Source: Fibrobacteria bacterium
GTDB lineage: Bacteria > Fibrobacterota > Fibrobacteria > UBA11236 > JADFYW01
DNA length: 64,000 bases
Assembly: GCA_015232855.1 (NCBI GenBank)
Contig: JADFYW010000008.1
Coordinates: forward strand, 761-64,760
Direction: 5' to 3'
Below are positions 39,902-50,288 of the stretch, one piece after another; position 1 is the first letter of the stretch; every line of letters begins with the position of its first letter. The position numbers were made by a program, and so were the translations under genes. The notes under the pieces were generated by a model. It worked only from the letters and a program-made list of their open reading frames with translations, was not told the origin of the DNA and did no database searches.

Positions 39902-41314
39902 TTATTCTTTAACCCTTTTCAGATTCACAATATAGAGACCGTTGGGAATATTGTTTTTTAATAACGAAAGTCTCTTGCTCTCAGCACGGTTATGTTTTAC
40001 CAAAACCTTCCCGTTGAGATCTCTTATAGTCACATTATAACTACCAGATGATGGAATAGAAAGTACACCGTTTTCAATCATTTGCAGCTGATTTAATGAA
40101 TTTTTATTCGTATTTTTAATAGGGGAGACGGTAGTTATTTCCCTTTCGGTCATAAGTTTACGAAGGTATAAGTCATTTCCATTGCGAAATAAAATAATTA
40201 CACCGCGCCCAGGTATATCAGCAACTGATGGGCCCGTACGAAAACAAGTCTGCATTTCGTCTCCTTCACTGTAAATCCGTTGTAAAGAAGCATTCCAGGC
40301 ATTATTTTCATGTACATAATAATAGGCATTACTATCACCTGAATTCATTCCGACAACGACAACGGCTCCTGTGGCATCGTCAAATGTAAGATTCGGGTGA
40401 ATATTATTTTCTGTGAAACGAACCGAATTAGGAAAGTCTCCCATGTACTGGGCAGAGTCAAAGCTCTGCATATCGTTACTAATAGCAGTCCAGATACCTG
40501 CCGGACCGGGATACTCCATACGTACACCGCCGGTGGCAGCTATACGGCCATCAGCGCTGAGTGCAAAATTATGCCCTTCATGAAGAAAAGTGCTTATTGC
40601 CAGGGCATTGGCACAGGTTCCCCCGGTAAAGTCTTCACCAACTTCAGCAGGACCTGCAATGCAGGGGTTTACTTCCATATTGTAGTACATCAGGTAAAAC
40701 TTCCCGTTGAGTTCCCTCACTTTGGGAGCGCCTTCATGATTGGATTGGGGTACAATCTTGAGATCGCCCCATACGCCGTCTTTACTTCGCCAGCGATAAA
40801 AAGCGTTTTCTGTGTCTGTAGAACCCACAACCCAATGACAAACCAGCACATTTCCCGCAGAGTCAACAGCAACATCACAGTGAAAGGCCCTTCTTACGTT
40901 TATTTCATCTGCATCAACAATCTTTTCGGGTGTGATCCAGTTATCATCTTTTTTTGTAGTATACCAGGATGTTTTGGCCCCTGAGGCAATGCCTATTTGG
41001 TAGACAACATGAGGTGTACCATCATACCCAACACTCATTCTGGCTTCCCATACATTTTGATCGGTTGAAAACGTTTCTTCTGGCCCCAGACTATCTGGTG
41101 CCGGCCCCATACGGTATTTGCAACCTGAGTATATTACATGGATAGCGCCATTAGCCTCTACATCTACCCAACCTTGCGCGTGAGCTTGTGGGCCTTCTTC
41201 CGTAGAGTAAGATGGGATACCATGGGCGACGAGGTAGGCTTGTTCCAGTGTTGCCGCCAATAAAGGAATAATGGCTGACAAACAGATTATCGATATTTTC
41301 CGCAAGGTGTACAT
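39902..41314 (-). CDS. Secreted beta-propeller-like protein with T9SS-like C-terminal tail
   Basis: Signal peptide; D..G..HVVY repeats; IRDLNGKVL...NGLYIV. Confidence 0.65.
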   Translation of the reverse strand: MYTLRKISIICLSAIIPLLAATLEQAYLVAHGIPSYSTEEGPQAHAQGWVDVEANGAIHVIYSGCKYRMGPAPDSLGPEETFSTDQNVWEARMSVGYDGTPHVVYQIGIASGAKTSWYTTKKDDNWITPEKIVDADEINVRRAFHCDVAVDSAGNVLVCHWVVGSTDTENAFYRWRSKDGVWGDLKIVPQSNHEGAPKVRELNGKFYLMYYNMEVNPCIAGPAEVGEDFTGGTCANALAISTFLHEGHNFALSADGRIAATGGVRMEYPGPAGIWTAISNDMQSFDSAQYMGDFPNSVRFTENNIHPNLTFDDATGAVVVVGMNSGDSNAYYYVHENNAWNASLQRIYSEGDEMQTCFRTGPSVADIPGRGVIILFRNGNDLYLRKLMTEREITTVSPIKNTNKNSLNQLQMIENGVLSIPSSGSYNVTIRDLNGKVLVKHNRAESKRLSLLKNNIPNGLYIVNLKRVKE

Positions 41315-41607
41315 AGTTTTACCGGGTTATGTTGAAAATGATTTGTAGTTCTTTTTTAAGCTAACGAATAGAAATTTTGATTTTTTGTCCATCGCACATC
41401 CAATCTAATTCTATGCACAAAACCCGGCAAAACTATTTGGGTTTTCCTAAAATTCTTCTTCCCAGTTGGTAATTCCTGAGCATGAGGATACATTTTCTAA
41501 TAATTTGTGAATAATTGAACATATTAGAAGAGGTATGATTTATATTAAGTATATTTTGGTGAAATAAGCTGTGGAATTCTACCTATTAAATGGTTTAGAG
41601 GGGGAAT

Positions 41608-41889
41608 ATGAAAATTATCAACAATTCTATTCTAAGGAAATATTTTCTTTTATTTACTCTTATTTTGTTTACCAGTAGTTGGGGAAAAGCTGTTATCATG
41701 CAACCCCGTATTTATTTTGCCGATTCGTCCTGGAATGAAATCACAAATCTAACCGGGCACGAAGACAGTCTATCCACAAGAAAGTATGAGTTAATTTTGG
41801 AACATGGAAAAAATATTCCAAAAGGTGTATATGCATTTATCCTTTCCATGAACGACGTACAATATCACACCCTTGTACATATTCAATAA
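41608..41889 (+). CDS. Small exported hypothetical protein
   Basis: GGGGG RBS, signal peptide, TAATG coupling to the next ORF. Confidence 0.55.
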   Translation: MKIINNSILRKYFLLFTLILFTSSWGKAVIMQPRIYFADSSWNEITNLTGHEDSLSTRKYELILEHGKNIPKGVYAFILSMNDVQYHTLVHIQ

Positions 41890-42668
41890 TGCCTGGTGAT
41901 AAAAACATGCTGCTTAAATTACTTTTAGGTACCGGATGTACCTTAATCGTTTTCATGATTTATAGCTGCAAAATAACATCTAGTTATGCGTCATATGAAA
42001 ACGTTTACCAATCTGATAATTTTATCGTTTATTATGATGATGAAATATTTTCCGAAAAAGAAGTCATCAGATTTACTGTAAAAAAAGAACGGATGCTGAC
42101 AATTATCACTTCTACTTTGGAAGAAAATATTTCAGAAAAAATCGTTACTAATCTCATTAATGGATGTTGTGGAGGTTATACGAGAAGCAGTACCGGAGAA
42201 ATCTATGAGTACCCTGATTACGTGCCTTATGATAAGGGCCATGAGATTGTACACGCGGTAGTACATAAAACTTTAGATCGTTCTCTCTTTGGGTTTTTTC
42301 GGGAAGGAATGGCGGAAGCATTAGAAGTGCATCCCGACCAGTCCAATGCTATTGAGCGCTTTTTCAAAAGCTATGCAAGTACAATTGATAACCTGTATTT
42401 TGACAAGCAAAAAAGCAGTGAGTATCAGTCTATCTATGACGAGATAGTGAAATACGAGTTTGACTATAGTTATTTCAGTTATATGAGAGCCGGCGCTTTT
42501 GTTCAGTACCTTATCAATGAGGTGGGAACAGATACATTTAAAACCTTCTATAATCAAACAGCAACCTATAGAAGTCAGGATGAATTCAACACAATATTTA
42601 GTGATGCTTTTGGGAAGTCCCTCGAGACAATGGAAAATGAATTCATCCGAAAGTATTCTCTCTATTAA
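41889..42668 (+). CDS. Lipoprotein with HExxH gluzincin (peptidase MA-like) domain
   Basis: YSC lipobox; HEIVH...FREGMAE; Y..AGAFVQYL. Confidence 0.75.
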   Translation: MPGDKNMLLKLLLGTGCTLIVFMIYSCKITSSYASYENVYQSDNFIVYYDDEIFSEKEVIRFTVKKERMLTIITSTLEENISEKIVTNLINGCCGGYTRSSTGEIYEYPDYVPYDKGHEIVHAVVHKTLDRSLFGFFREGMAEALEVHPDQSNAIERFFKSYASTIDNLYFDKQKSSEYQSIYDEIVKYEFDYSYFSYMRAGAFVQYLINEVGTDTFKTFYNQTATYRSQDEFNTIFSDAFGKSLETMENEFIRKYSLY

Positions 42669-42691
42669 TTAGTGCAATAAAAAGGCCGATT

Positions 42692-44668
42692 ATGAAAATA
42701 AAATTATTACATCATTCAGTAAAAAAGAAACTTTTACTGTTGTGTTTATTTATTTTAGTGTTATTGTATACTGCTTGCAATGACCAGGTATCATTGAATC
42801 TACCTGATAACGAGGAGTATTCAACGGTGACTGGATATGTCACACCAACGGGAGTTTCCGGAACGGTATATCTGTTTGAAACAGGAGTTATTGATTCTGC
42901 GGAATTGGACGATGAGACAGGCTATTTTTCTTTTGATAGTATACCCTATGGTTCTTATTACATACGGGTAAAGGCTGATGATTATGCCGAATATAACAAA
43001 TACCTTTCCATAAACTCCCGAACAACGGTTATGAGTACCATTATGCTGGACAAAATTTCAGGTTTGATAAGTCGCCAATGGCCTACTGAAAATACCGAAT
43101 TAAACCAAACATTCATGGCAGATAATGACTATGACATCGGGGATTCAACCGTGAGTTTTAAAATTTATTTTAACAAAAAAATGGATGAACCAAGCATTAT
43201 CAAAGCTTTTACTTCATCGCCCTCACAAAATAACCTGGGAATCAAATTAACCTATGAAACAGAAAATAATAATAATTTCTTAAAAATTTCCGTTCCCATA
43301 CTAAATCTTTTTCATAATGCCGAGGTTTCTTTTTCCCTGGGAAAAGATGCAAAGGATGTATTCGGTAATAATCTAGATAACGCTTATACGATGGTTTTTC
43401 CCGTTGATACATCCTATCTGGCACAGATACAGACAGATCTCATTATAAGGCAAGTAAATCCCCAGCATGATGCTGTTTCAGTTAGTCCATCAAAAACAAT
43501 AACCGTATATTTTCATAAAAAAATGGTAGAAAAGAATGTGGAAAACGCCTTTTTTATAAAACCAGAAAAGCCGGCCAACTTCTTTTGGAACACAGGCTCT
43601 AGCGGAGCAACAAGTGTTGAAATTAAATTTGCTACTCCTCTGGTAAGCGCTACATCATATACCTATGGATTTAAGGCGGGTATTTGTTCAAAAGATTCGT
43701 TGTGCACGAGTGAAGATCTTTCCTATTCTTTTCAAACGACTTCTATCCAATTATCCAACTATAAACCTTATAGCGGAGTCCCAGACTTCCCCCTTGATTC
43801 CGTTTTTTATTACCGATTTACCGCAACAATGGATCTGGAAAAATTCAAGGAATCCTTTCATATTTCGCCAGAAGTTGATTCCCTGGATTTTGAATATTAT
43901 AGCTATTATACTACGACCATCCATGTATATCATTCTTTGCTTGAAGAAAATAAAGCGTATACCATCACCATTGATTCATCATGCCTGGGAGTGACGGGCG
44001 ACAATCCAGGAATTTACCTGCAGCAGAAGTTTACCACCGGAGGCTCAGTAATGGGGACTCAGCAGCAGGAAAATGAAATCCGAGTATCGCCTTCTGATAG
44101 TACTGATTATATTAATACAGGTAGTTATATAACTATAGCTTTTCCAGATAGTATGAACATCAATTCAGTACTAGAGCATTACCATCTCGAACCCTATGTG
44201 CCAGCCCAGCTTAGCTGGCAATACTATTCAGAAGATCACCAGTTAAGGATAACTCCAGTGCAGCGGTTAAAGGCGAATACCCTTTATACTATAACCCTGG
44301 ACCGGGGCTATAAAAATATTCAGGGGGATTCTTTTGACACTTTTACGGCCTATGTAAAAACGTACCCGCTTTCTCTCCAGGAATTTTTACCACAGACCGG
44401 TCGCATAAATATTGATGTTGACAAAAACTTATCCTATGAATTTTCTTCGGCAATAGACTCTCTTTCTTTTGCAGAAAATTTTGTTATTGAACCAGAACCC
44501 GATTCGTTAAGGTTTGTTTTTGACAGTTACGAAAAGGAGGTCACCGTCAGGCATTCCTCTTTTGATAGAGAAACAACTTATAAAGTTACCCTTGGCCAGG
44601 GAATTACTGACCTTTACGGTGCTCCTCTCTATAAAAGTTATTCACTTGAATTTACTACCATGAAATGA
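42692..44668 (+). CDS. Ig-like (Big_5-type) repeat lipoprotein
   Basis: TAC lipobox; repeated P......I.F...M.....F.I.P......Y...L.......FTT modules. Confidence 0.75.
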   Translation: MKIKLLHHSVKKKLLLLCLFILVLLYTACNDQVSLNLPDNEEYSTVTGYVTPTGVSGTVYLFETGVIDSAELDDETGYFSFDSIPYGSYYIRVKADDYAEYNKYLSINSRTTVMSTIMLDKISGLISRQWPTENTELNQTFMADNDYDIGDSTVSFKIYFNKKMDEPSIIKAFTSSPSQNNLGIKLTYETENNNNFLKISVPILNLFHNAEVSFSLGKDAKDVFGNNLDNAYTMVFPVDTSYLAQIQTDLIIRQVNPQHDAVSVSPSKTITVYFHKKMVEKNVENAFFIKPEKPANFFWNTGSSGATSVEIKFATPLVSATSYTYGFKAGICSKDSLCTSEDLSYSFQTTSIQLSNYKPYSGVPDFPLDSVFYYRFTATMDLEKFKESFHISPEVDSLDFEYYSYYTTTIHVYHSLLEENKAYTITIDSSCLGVTGDNPGIYLQQKFTTGGSVMGTQQQENEIRVSPSDSTDYINTGSYITIAFPDSMNINSVLEHYHLEPYVPAQLSWQYYSEDHQLRITPVQRLKANTLYTITLDRGYKNIQGDSFDTFTAYVKTYPLSLQEFLPQTGRINIDVDKNLSYEFSSAIDSLSFAENFVIEPEPDSLRFVFDSYEKEVTVRHSSFDRETTYKVTLGQGITDLYGAPLYKSYSLEFTTMK

Positions 44669-44675
44669 TTTCTTT

Positions 44676-46067
44676 TTGATGAAAAAACCCGTTTCATTTT
44701 TTTCCGTTACCATAATGGTAATACTGAGCTGGATATACCATGGGTTTACAGCTGGTGAACTTGTGTCCCCTGTCTTTAAGGCAGCGGTTTCGGAGGAAAG
44801 TGCTTCCTGGGGCAGCATGGAACTGCAGTATGGTTTTATAGATATTGAAAAATTTTCGCTCATCGCCTCGATTGATCAGATACCTGTTCACACTGGAATT
44901 CTTTCCTATTACAGCACGACGAGCTACTGGAAAAATCAGCCGTTTGACCTTCCGCGTCAGGCACTTTTTTATTCACTTCCGGTAGGACAACATACCCTTT
45001 CCCTGGGTTTGGAATATAGTTATCAATATTCTGACTATAAATATTTTGGTGACCATGAATATTGTTATGACTGGGATGAAGGTGAGTGTGTGGATGATGT
45101 CCATTACCAATATTTAAATCAGGCTGATAACCGTATGAATCATTATGTACTGGAAGCAGGTGAAATGTGGCGCTTGAACAAAGTCAGTAGTTTGCTTGCT
45201 TCAGCCCGGGTAGGCTATAATCAACAGGCAGGCTTTTCATATTACGAAAATTATTATGCAGATGCTTCTGATGGCAAAATTCCCCATGGCACTGCTGAAT
45301 ACCGAAACTACAACGAAGGTGACTATGACATGGATTATCAGGTAAATCTGGGATATTGGAAAAAAAATATCTTTGGTTTGGAAAAGGGCTCATTGTTATG
45401 GCGGGTATCAGGTAACTATTCTCATTCTTATTATAAACCTGTTATACAGAGAGGTTTTGAACCCTATTATAATCCTTCTGACAATCAGAATCCAATAACG
45501 GTAAAATTTATTGGTTCTGATTCCAGAATGATGAAATTGGAAACAGAACTTGCCTACGGCGAGTCGTATTTCGAACGGGTCCCTTTAGACCGGCCGCTCC
45601 GAAAGGGATGGTTGAATACCTATTTGGCCATTCCGAGGTTTGGTATTCGCTTGGGAACAATTACCAGGGATTATGATCGTCCCACTATTATCCGCTGGCA
45701 GCGGGAAGACGGGTATTCCTGGGGATATACAGAACCAAAATCACATACTTTTTATCTGAATGCGGCCTTATTCGGGCATGTAAGATTGTATATGTTGAAA
45801 CATCTGTATATGGATATTGTGGTAAATTCAGAAAATCTTCTGCAATTTTTTCAGGATTACCGGATATACGAAGAAGATGCCATCGTTGATTGGCATATTG
45901 GGTATCAACAGGTTATTAAAAAAAAGATAATTTTTGATGTAGGTGTTTTGTTTACCAAAATGGAAATAGACGGCTGGAGTAACTCCCGATGGCAATCTCA
46001 GCCATCTTTTTCCCTTGATAATAAGCCTTTTGGTTACCTCTATCTAAAAGCAAGCCTGCTGAGATAA
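44676..46067 (+). CDS. Hypothetical exported protein, probable outer-membrane beta-barrel
   Basis: Signal peptide; Tyr/Gly-rich amphipathic strands. Confidence 0.55.
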   Translation: MMKKPVSFFSVTIMVILSWIYHGFTAGELVSPVFKAAVSEESASWGSMELQYGFIDIEKFSLIASIDQIPVHTGILSYYSTTSYWKNQPFDLPRQALFYSLPVGQHTLSLGLEYSYQYSDYKYFGDHEYCYDWDEGECVDDVHYQYLNQADNRMNHYVLEAGEMWRLNKVSSLLASARVGYNQQAGFSYYENYYADASDGKIPHGTAEYRNYNEGDYDMDYQVNLGYWKKNIFGLEKGSLLWRVSGNYSHSYYKPVIQRGFEPYYNPSDNQNPITVKFIGSDSRMMKLETELAYGESYFERVPLDRPLRKGWLNTYLAIPRFGIRLGTITRDYDRPTIIRWQREDGYSWGYTEPKSHTFYLNAALFGHVRLYMLKHLYMDIVVNSENLLQFFQDYRIYEEDAIVDWHIGYQQVIKKKIIFDVGVLFTKMEIDGWSNSRWQSQPSFSLDNKPFGYLYLKASLLR

Positions 46068-46093
46068 TTGTGAGATACGGGTTCAATTAACCT

Positions 46094-47839
46094 TTAAACA
46101 GGAAATTCCCGGTTCCAGTCTTCCCTATCATTGTCAGTCTTCTTTTTCTTATCCATGATGCTAATGTTCCGCACAAGCTTGGCAATGTTCCGGTACATGG
46201 TATGCAGATATTTAAAAGACTCAATCATGTCTGTTTCCAATTTGTATGCCTGCAGCCTGTTAGGCTCTTTTTGACATAATCTGACAGCGAGATGTTGACG
46301 GGCTTCTTTCAGTAAGGCATTGAATTCCTTCTTAGCGGTGAGCGCCTTTTCTGCTTTATATTCATCAGAAGACTCAATGGAATCTACGGCAAAATTTCCG
46401 GTTGAACATAATTTTTTGTGGATGGAATCCAGATAATCCAGAGTACCGGGGCTAACTATTACGTTCCCCTTCATACATTCTTCTGCATTATACAGAAGGT
46501 TATTTTCAATTATGTCGCCAATTCTCTCAAATACATTGGCTATGGCAAGGTAATGATACGCAAGCCGGGTTTGCCGCTCAGTGAGTTCTTCAGCAGAGAG
46601 CGTTCTCAGATAATCTACAATAGCCACATAAAGCTTGTCCGCATCTCCTTCCATGGCCTTGAGCTTTTGGATAAGCACCTTATTTTTACTTGTTATTGCC
46701 GCATAGGACCTTTGCATCATTTGCAATACCGATTGACCAAGCCGGGAAAGCTCTCTACGGGCGCTATCTAAAGCAAGTTCAGGCTGGCTAATAAAAATAG
46801 GGTCAAGGAATTGGGGCTCTACCAGCGCCTTTTTCTTTACAGGCTTAGAGGGGATAATCTTATCAACTAATTTTATAAATTGATTTGTAAATCCGAGGAA
46901 AAGAAAGGCATTCACCACATTAAAAATGGTATGTGCATTAGCAATCTGACGGGGCGTTTCTATTCCCAGTCTTGCCATACCTGTTAATCCCTCGGCCACA
47001 GGAGATATTTCACGAACGAGAGAGGCAAACGAAGATATAAAGGGCAGCCAGAGCAGTACGCCAACAACTTTAAATATAACATGAATTAAAGCTGCTTTTA
47101 CCGCTTCTCTCGGCTTACCGAGAGCCGCCAGCACAGCGGTAATACAGGTTCCTATATTTGAACCGAGTACGAGTGCAATACCTGCTTCCAGTGAAACAAA
47201 CCCCTGGTTTGCAAGCACAATAATGATACCAATAGTAGCGGATGAACTTTGTACGATAGCGGTGAAAATCGTAGCAATGAGTATCCCCATCAATGGATTC
47301 TGGAGATTACACATCAGTTCAATAAAAGGAGCAAATTCACGCAGAGGACTGGTACCATTACTCATTATCTGCATACCGAAAAAGATAAATCCCAGGCTCA
47401 TGAGGACAACAGCGTATTGTTTAAACCGTTCTTTCTTGATAACTATTTCCAGGAGAAACCCGGAAGCCAGCATTAAAAGCCCATACTTTGATATTTTAAA
47501 GGCAATGATCTGGGCAGTAATGGTCGTCCCGATGTTGGCGCCAAGTATAACACCTACAGACTGCGCCGCGGTCATGAGCCCGGCACTGATAAACCCCACC
47601 ATAAGCACCGTGGTAACGGAGGAGCTTTGAATAATAGCGGTAATTGCCGCTCCGGCAAGCATACCCGTAAACCGATTCTTGGTAAGTTGGGCAAGAATTG
47701 TTTTAATGCCGTTACCCGCTGCCGCCTTCAAGCCTTCGGTGAGTTTGTCCATGCCATATAAAAATAAGGCCAGCCCTCCGAAAAGTTCAATTATAATCTT
47801 TCCATATTCCAGGGTTGTAGGTGCGGTTGACGTATCCAT
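46094..47839 (-). CDS. Na+/phosphate cotransporter family protein with PhoU-like C-terminus
   Basis: GGLALFLYGM, two QSSS repeats, GANIGTT, GSNIGTC, ANAHTIFN, ERIGD. Confidence 0.92.
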   Translation of the reverse strand: MDTSTAPTTLEYGKIIIELFGGLALFLYGMDKLTEGLKAAAGNGIKTILAQLTKNRFTGMLAGAAITAIIQSSSVTTVLMVGFISAGLMTAAQSVGVILGANIGTTITAQIIAFKISKYGLLMLASGFLLEIVIKKERFKQYAVVLMSLGFIFFGMQIMSNGTSPLREFAPFIELMCNLQNPLMGILIATIFTAIVQSSSATIGIIIVLANQGFVSLEAGIALVLGSNIGTCITAVLAALGKPREAVKAALIHVIFKVVGVLLWLPFISSFASLVREISPVAEGLTGMARLGIETPRQIANAHTIFNVVNAFLFLGFTNQFIKLVDKIIPSKPVKKKALVEPQFLDPIFISQPELALDSARRELSRLGQSVLQMMQRSYAAITSKNKVLIQKLKAMEGDADKLYVAIVDYLRTLSAEELTERQTRLAYHYLAIANVFERIGDIIENNLLYNAEECMKGNVIVSPGTLDYLDSIHKKLCSTGNFAVDSIESSDEYKAEKALTAKKEFNALLKEARQHLAVRLCQKEPNRLQAYKLETDMIESFKYLHTMYRNIAKLVRNISIMDKKKKTDNDREDWNREFPV

Positions 47840-48178
47840 AAAAGGTTAATTCTGCTCCAATAAGTTAATATGCCTATTAACTATTATATTGTTTCTTCTC
47901 ATTGGATGGGTAGCTTTTTTTGAATGTAAAAATAATGGGAAATAGTAAACATATTGAGGTGTTTTGGAATTTAAGCCCCAAATTTGTTTGCGGTTTGCCG
48001 TTATTATCCAATCTTTTTGAAGTTTTTGAAAATCAAGGCAGAAAGTTACTTTGGCACCGTTCGTTGTCTAAAATTACATTTTTCATAAAACAAACTTTTA
48101 TTCGTTCTGAAGGAAAATTGTTATTTAAAAAATGTTTATATAGAAACATTACAAATACTGTGAATATTTAGTAATTTT

Positions 48179-48198
48179 ATAGTATCAAATGATACTAT
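48179..48198. promoter_or_regulatory. Perfect palindrome, candidate operator of the fic gene
   Basis: atagtatca-aa-tgatactat ending 16 nt before the TTG start. Confidence 0.5.
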
Positions 48199-48214
48199 CA
48201 TCACAGGATTAATT

Positions 48215-49183
48215 TTGTCCAAAAATAAACCTCCATATGAAATAACAAAAGAAATTTTGAGTCTTGTTTCTCAGGTAGCAGAAAAACTTGGTGAAATAAA
48301 TGCCGAATATCTCATTAGAAAGGCCCCGGAACTACGAAAAAAAAACCGTATCAAAACCATTCAATCGTCTCTTGAAATTGAAGGCAACACTTTATCTGTC
48401 GAACAGGTAGCTGCAATTTTTGAAAAAAAAAGAGTTGTCGGACCAAAAAAGGATATTATTGAAGTCGAAAATGCAATCAAAGTTTATGAAGAATTAGAGA
48501 GTTATAAATCCACTTCTCTGAGATCCTTTTGTAACGCTCACAAAACATTGTTATCAGGTTTATTGAATAACCCGGGAGTAATTCGTTCAAAAAATGTGGG
48601 AATTATTAAAGGTAATAAAATTGCGCATATCCCTCCTGATGGTTCAATTGTTAAAGGACTTCTAAAAGATTTATTCTTTTATTTAAAAGCAGACAAAGAA
48701 CCTTTATTGACTAAAAGTTGTGTGTTTCATTATGAGCTTGAATTTATTCATCCTTTTCTTGATGGAAACGGTCGGATGGGAAGGCTTTGGCAAACTGTAA
48801 TTTTAAATGAAAAATACCCGATATTTTCATTTTTACCTATTGAAACCGTAATTAAAAAAAGACAAAGGGAGTATTACAAAATATTAAGTTTATGCGATAA
48901 CACTGGACAATCAACTAAATTCATTGAATTTATGCTGGAAATAATAAGGGATGAATTGGTAAACATATCGGGAATCACTCAAAAAAAATCATTAACCAAT
49001 CGAGATAGGCTTGATATTGCTAAAAAGATTTTCAGCAATAAAATATTTTCCCGTAAAGATTACTTAATTGAATTTAAAGATATATCAGCTCCCACTGCAA
49101 GTCGTGATTTAAAATTTGCAGTTGAACATAAAATGGTCATAAAGAAAGGTGATAAACGAAATACTTGTTATTCATTCAAATAA
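48215..49183 (+). CDS. Fic family protein with C-terminal HTH
   Basis: SSLEIEGN inhibitory motif, HPFLDGNGRMGR, ISAPTASRDL. Confidence 0.92.
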   Translation: MSKNKPPYEITKEILSLVSQVAEKLGEINAEYLIRKAPELRKKNRIKTIQSSLEIEGNTLSVEQVAAIFEKKRVVGPKKDIIEVENAIKVYEELESYKSTSLRSFCNAHKTLLSGLLNNPGVIRSKNVGIIKGNKIAHIPPDGSIVKGLLKDLFFYLKADKEPLLTKSCVFHYELEFIHPFLDGNGRMGRLWQTVILNEKYPIFSFLPIETVIKKRQREYYKILSLCDNTGQSTKFIEFMLEIIRDELVNISGITQKKSLTNRDRLDIAKKIFSNKIFSRKDYLIEFKDISAPTASRDLKFAVEHKMVIKKGDKRNTCYSFK

Positions 49184-49260
49184 ATGAACATTACATCAAA
49201 TAACAACTACATGCACCAGGACGGGCTATGGCAGCGGATGATTAGAGATTGGAGATACAT

Positions 49261-49971
49261 ATGAAAACCATAGGGATAATTGGAGGCATAGGCCCGGAAT
49301 CAACCGTTGATTATTATAAAGAAATTATTAAAACATTTCAAACAACGTATTCCTATCTTGCTTATCCGGAAATTATTGTCTACAGCGTAAATATGAATGA
49401 ACTTATGCAGTTTGTTGAAACAAAGAATTGGTCCAATCTTTCCGAATTGCTCTTAGATAAAATTGGTTCTCTTCATAAAGCGGGTGCTGCTTTCGCTGCT
49501 ATTGCTTCAAACACACCGCATATTGTTTTTGATGAACTAAAAACAAAATCACCTCTACCTTTGCTGAGCATCGTTGAAGAAACCTGCAATAAAGCGGACG
49601 AAATGGGGTTGAAAAATGTTGGCTTGATGGGTACCAAACTCACCATGGAAGCGGAGTTTTATAAAAAGCCATTTTATTCAAAAGGGATATCTGTCGTAGT
49701 TCCTTCGGAAGAAGAACAACAATTAATCCATCATAAACTTTTCTCAGAAATTGAATTAGGGATCTTCAAAGATTCCACAAAAGAAGGGTTATTGGCAATT
49801 GCGAAAAGAATGGTAGAGAAAAATGGTATTGACTCTTTAATTTTGGGATGTACTGAATTGCCACTGATATTAACAGAGCCTCAATACAATATTCCTTTTT
49901 TGAACACAACGGCCATTCATTGTGAGAGTATCATAGCCCACTGTATTGAAGGGATGAATCCAGTTTGTTAG
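49261..49971 (+). CDS. Aspartate/glutamate racemase family protein
   Basis: MKTIGIIGGIGPEST..YY, ASNTPH, ILGCTELP. Confidence 0.9.
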   Translation: MKTIGIIGGIGPESTVDYYKEIIKTFQTTYSYLAYPEIIVYSVNMNELMQFVETKNWSNLSELLLDKIGSLHKAGAAFAAIASNTPHIVFDELKTKSPLPLLSIVEETCNKADEMGLKNVGLMGTKLTMEAEFYKKPFYSKGISVVVPSEEEQQLIHHKLFSEIELGIFKDSTKEGLLAIAKRMVEKNGIDSLILGCTELPLILTEPQYNIPFLNTTAIHCESIIAHCIEGMNPVC

Positions 49972-49997
49972 GTACTCTAAAATAAAAATTTATTGCC

Positions 49998-50288
49998 ATG
50001 CAAAACAAACTTCATAACACAAAACGCCTGCCTGTTGCAGGAGTTATGGGTTCGGGATCTCAGTCTTGGCAGGATAGAACCTCTCCTCTTGGAGTATGGC
50101 TTGCAGAGAATAGTTTTCATTTGCTCACCGGTGGTGGAAGCGGAGTGATGGAATCAGTAAGTAAGGCCTTTCATCAAGTTCCTGAACGCCGGGGAAATGT
50201 TATTGGCATTATCCCCTTTCGAAATCAAGTTAAATCCATACCTCAAAGCCAACAGCCCTATTCAAATAACGGTATTAACAGACAATAG
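49998..50288 (+). pseudogene. Truncated LOG/SLOG (molybdenum cofactor carrier-like) gene
   Basis: GVMGSG, LLTGGGSGVMESVSKAF, VIGIIP, then similarity ends abruptly near 50215. Confidence 0.65.
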
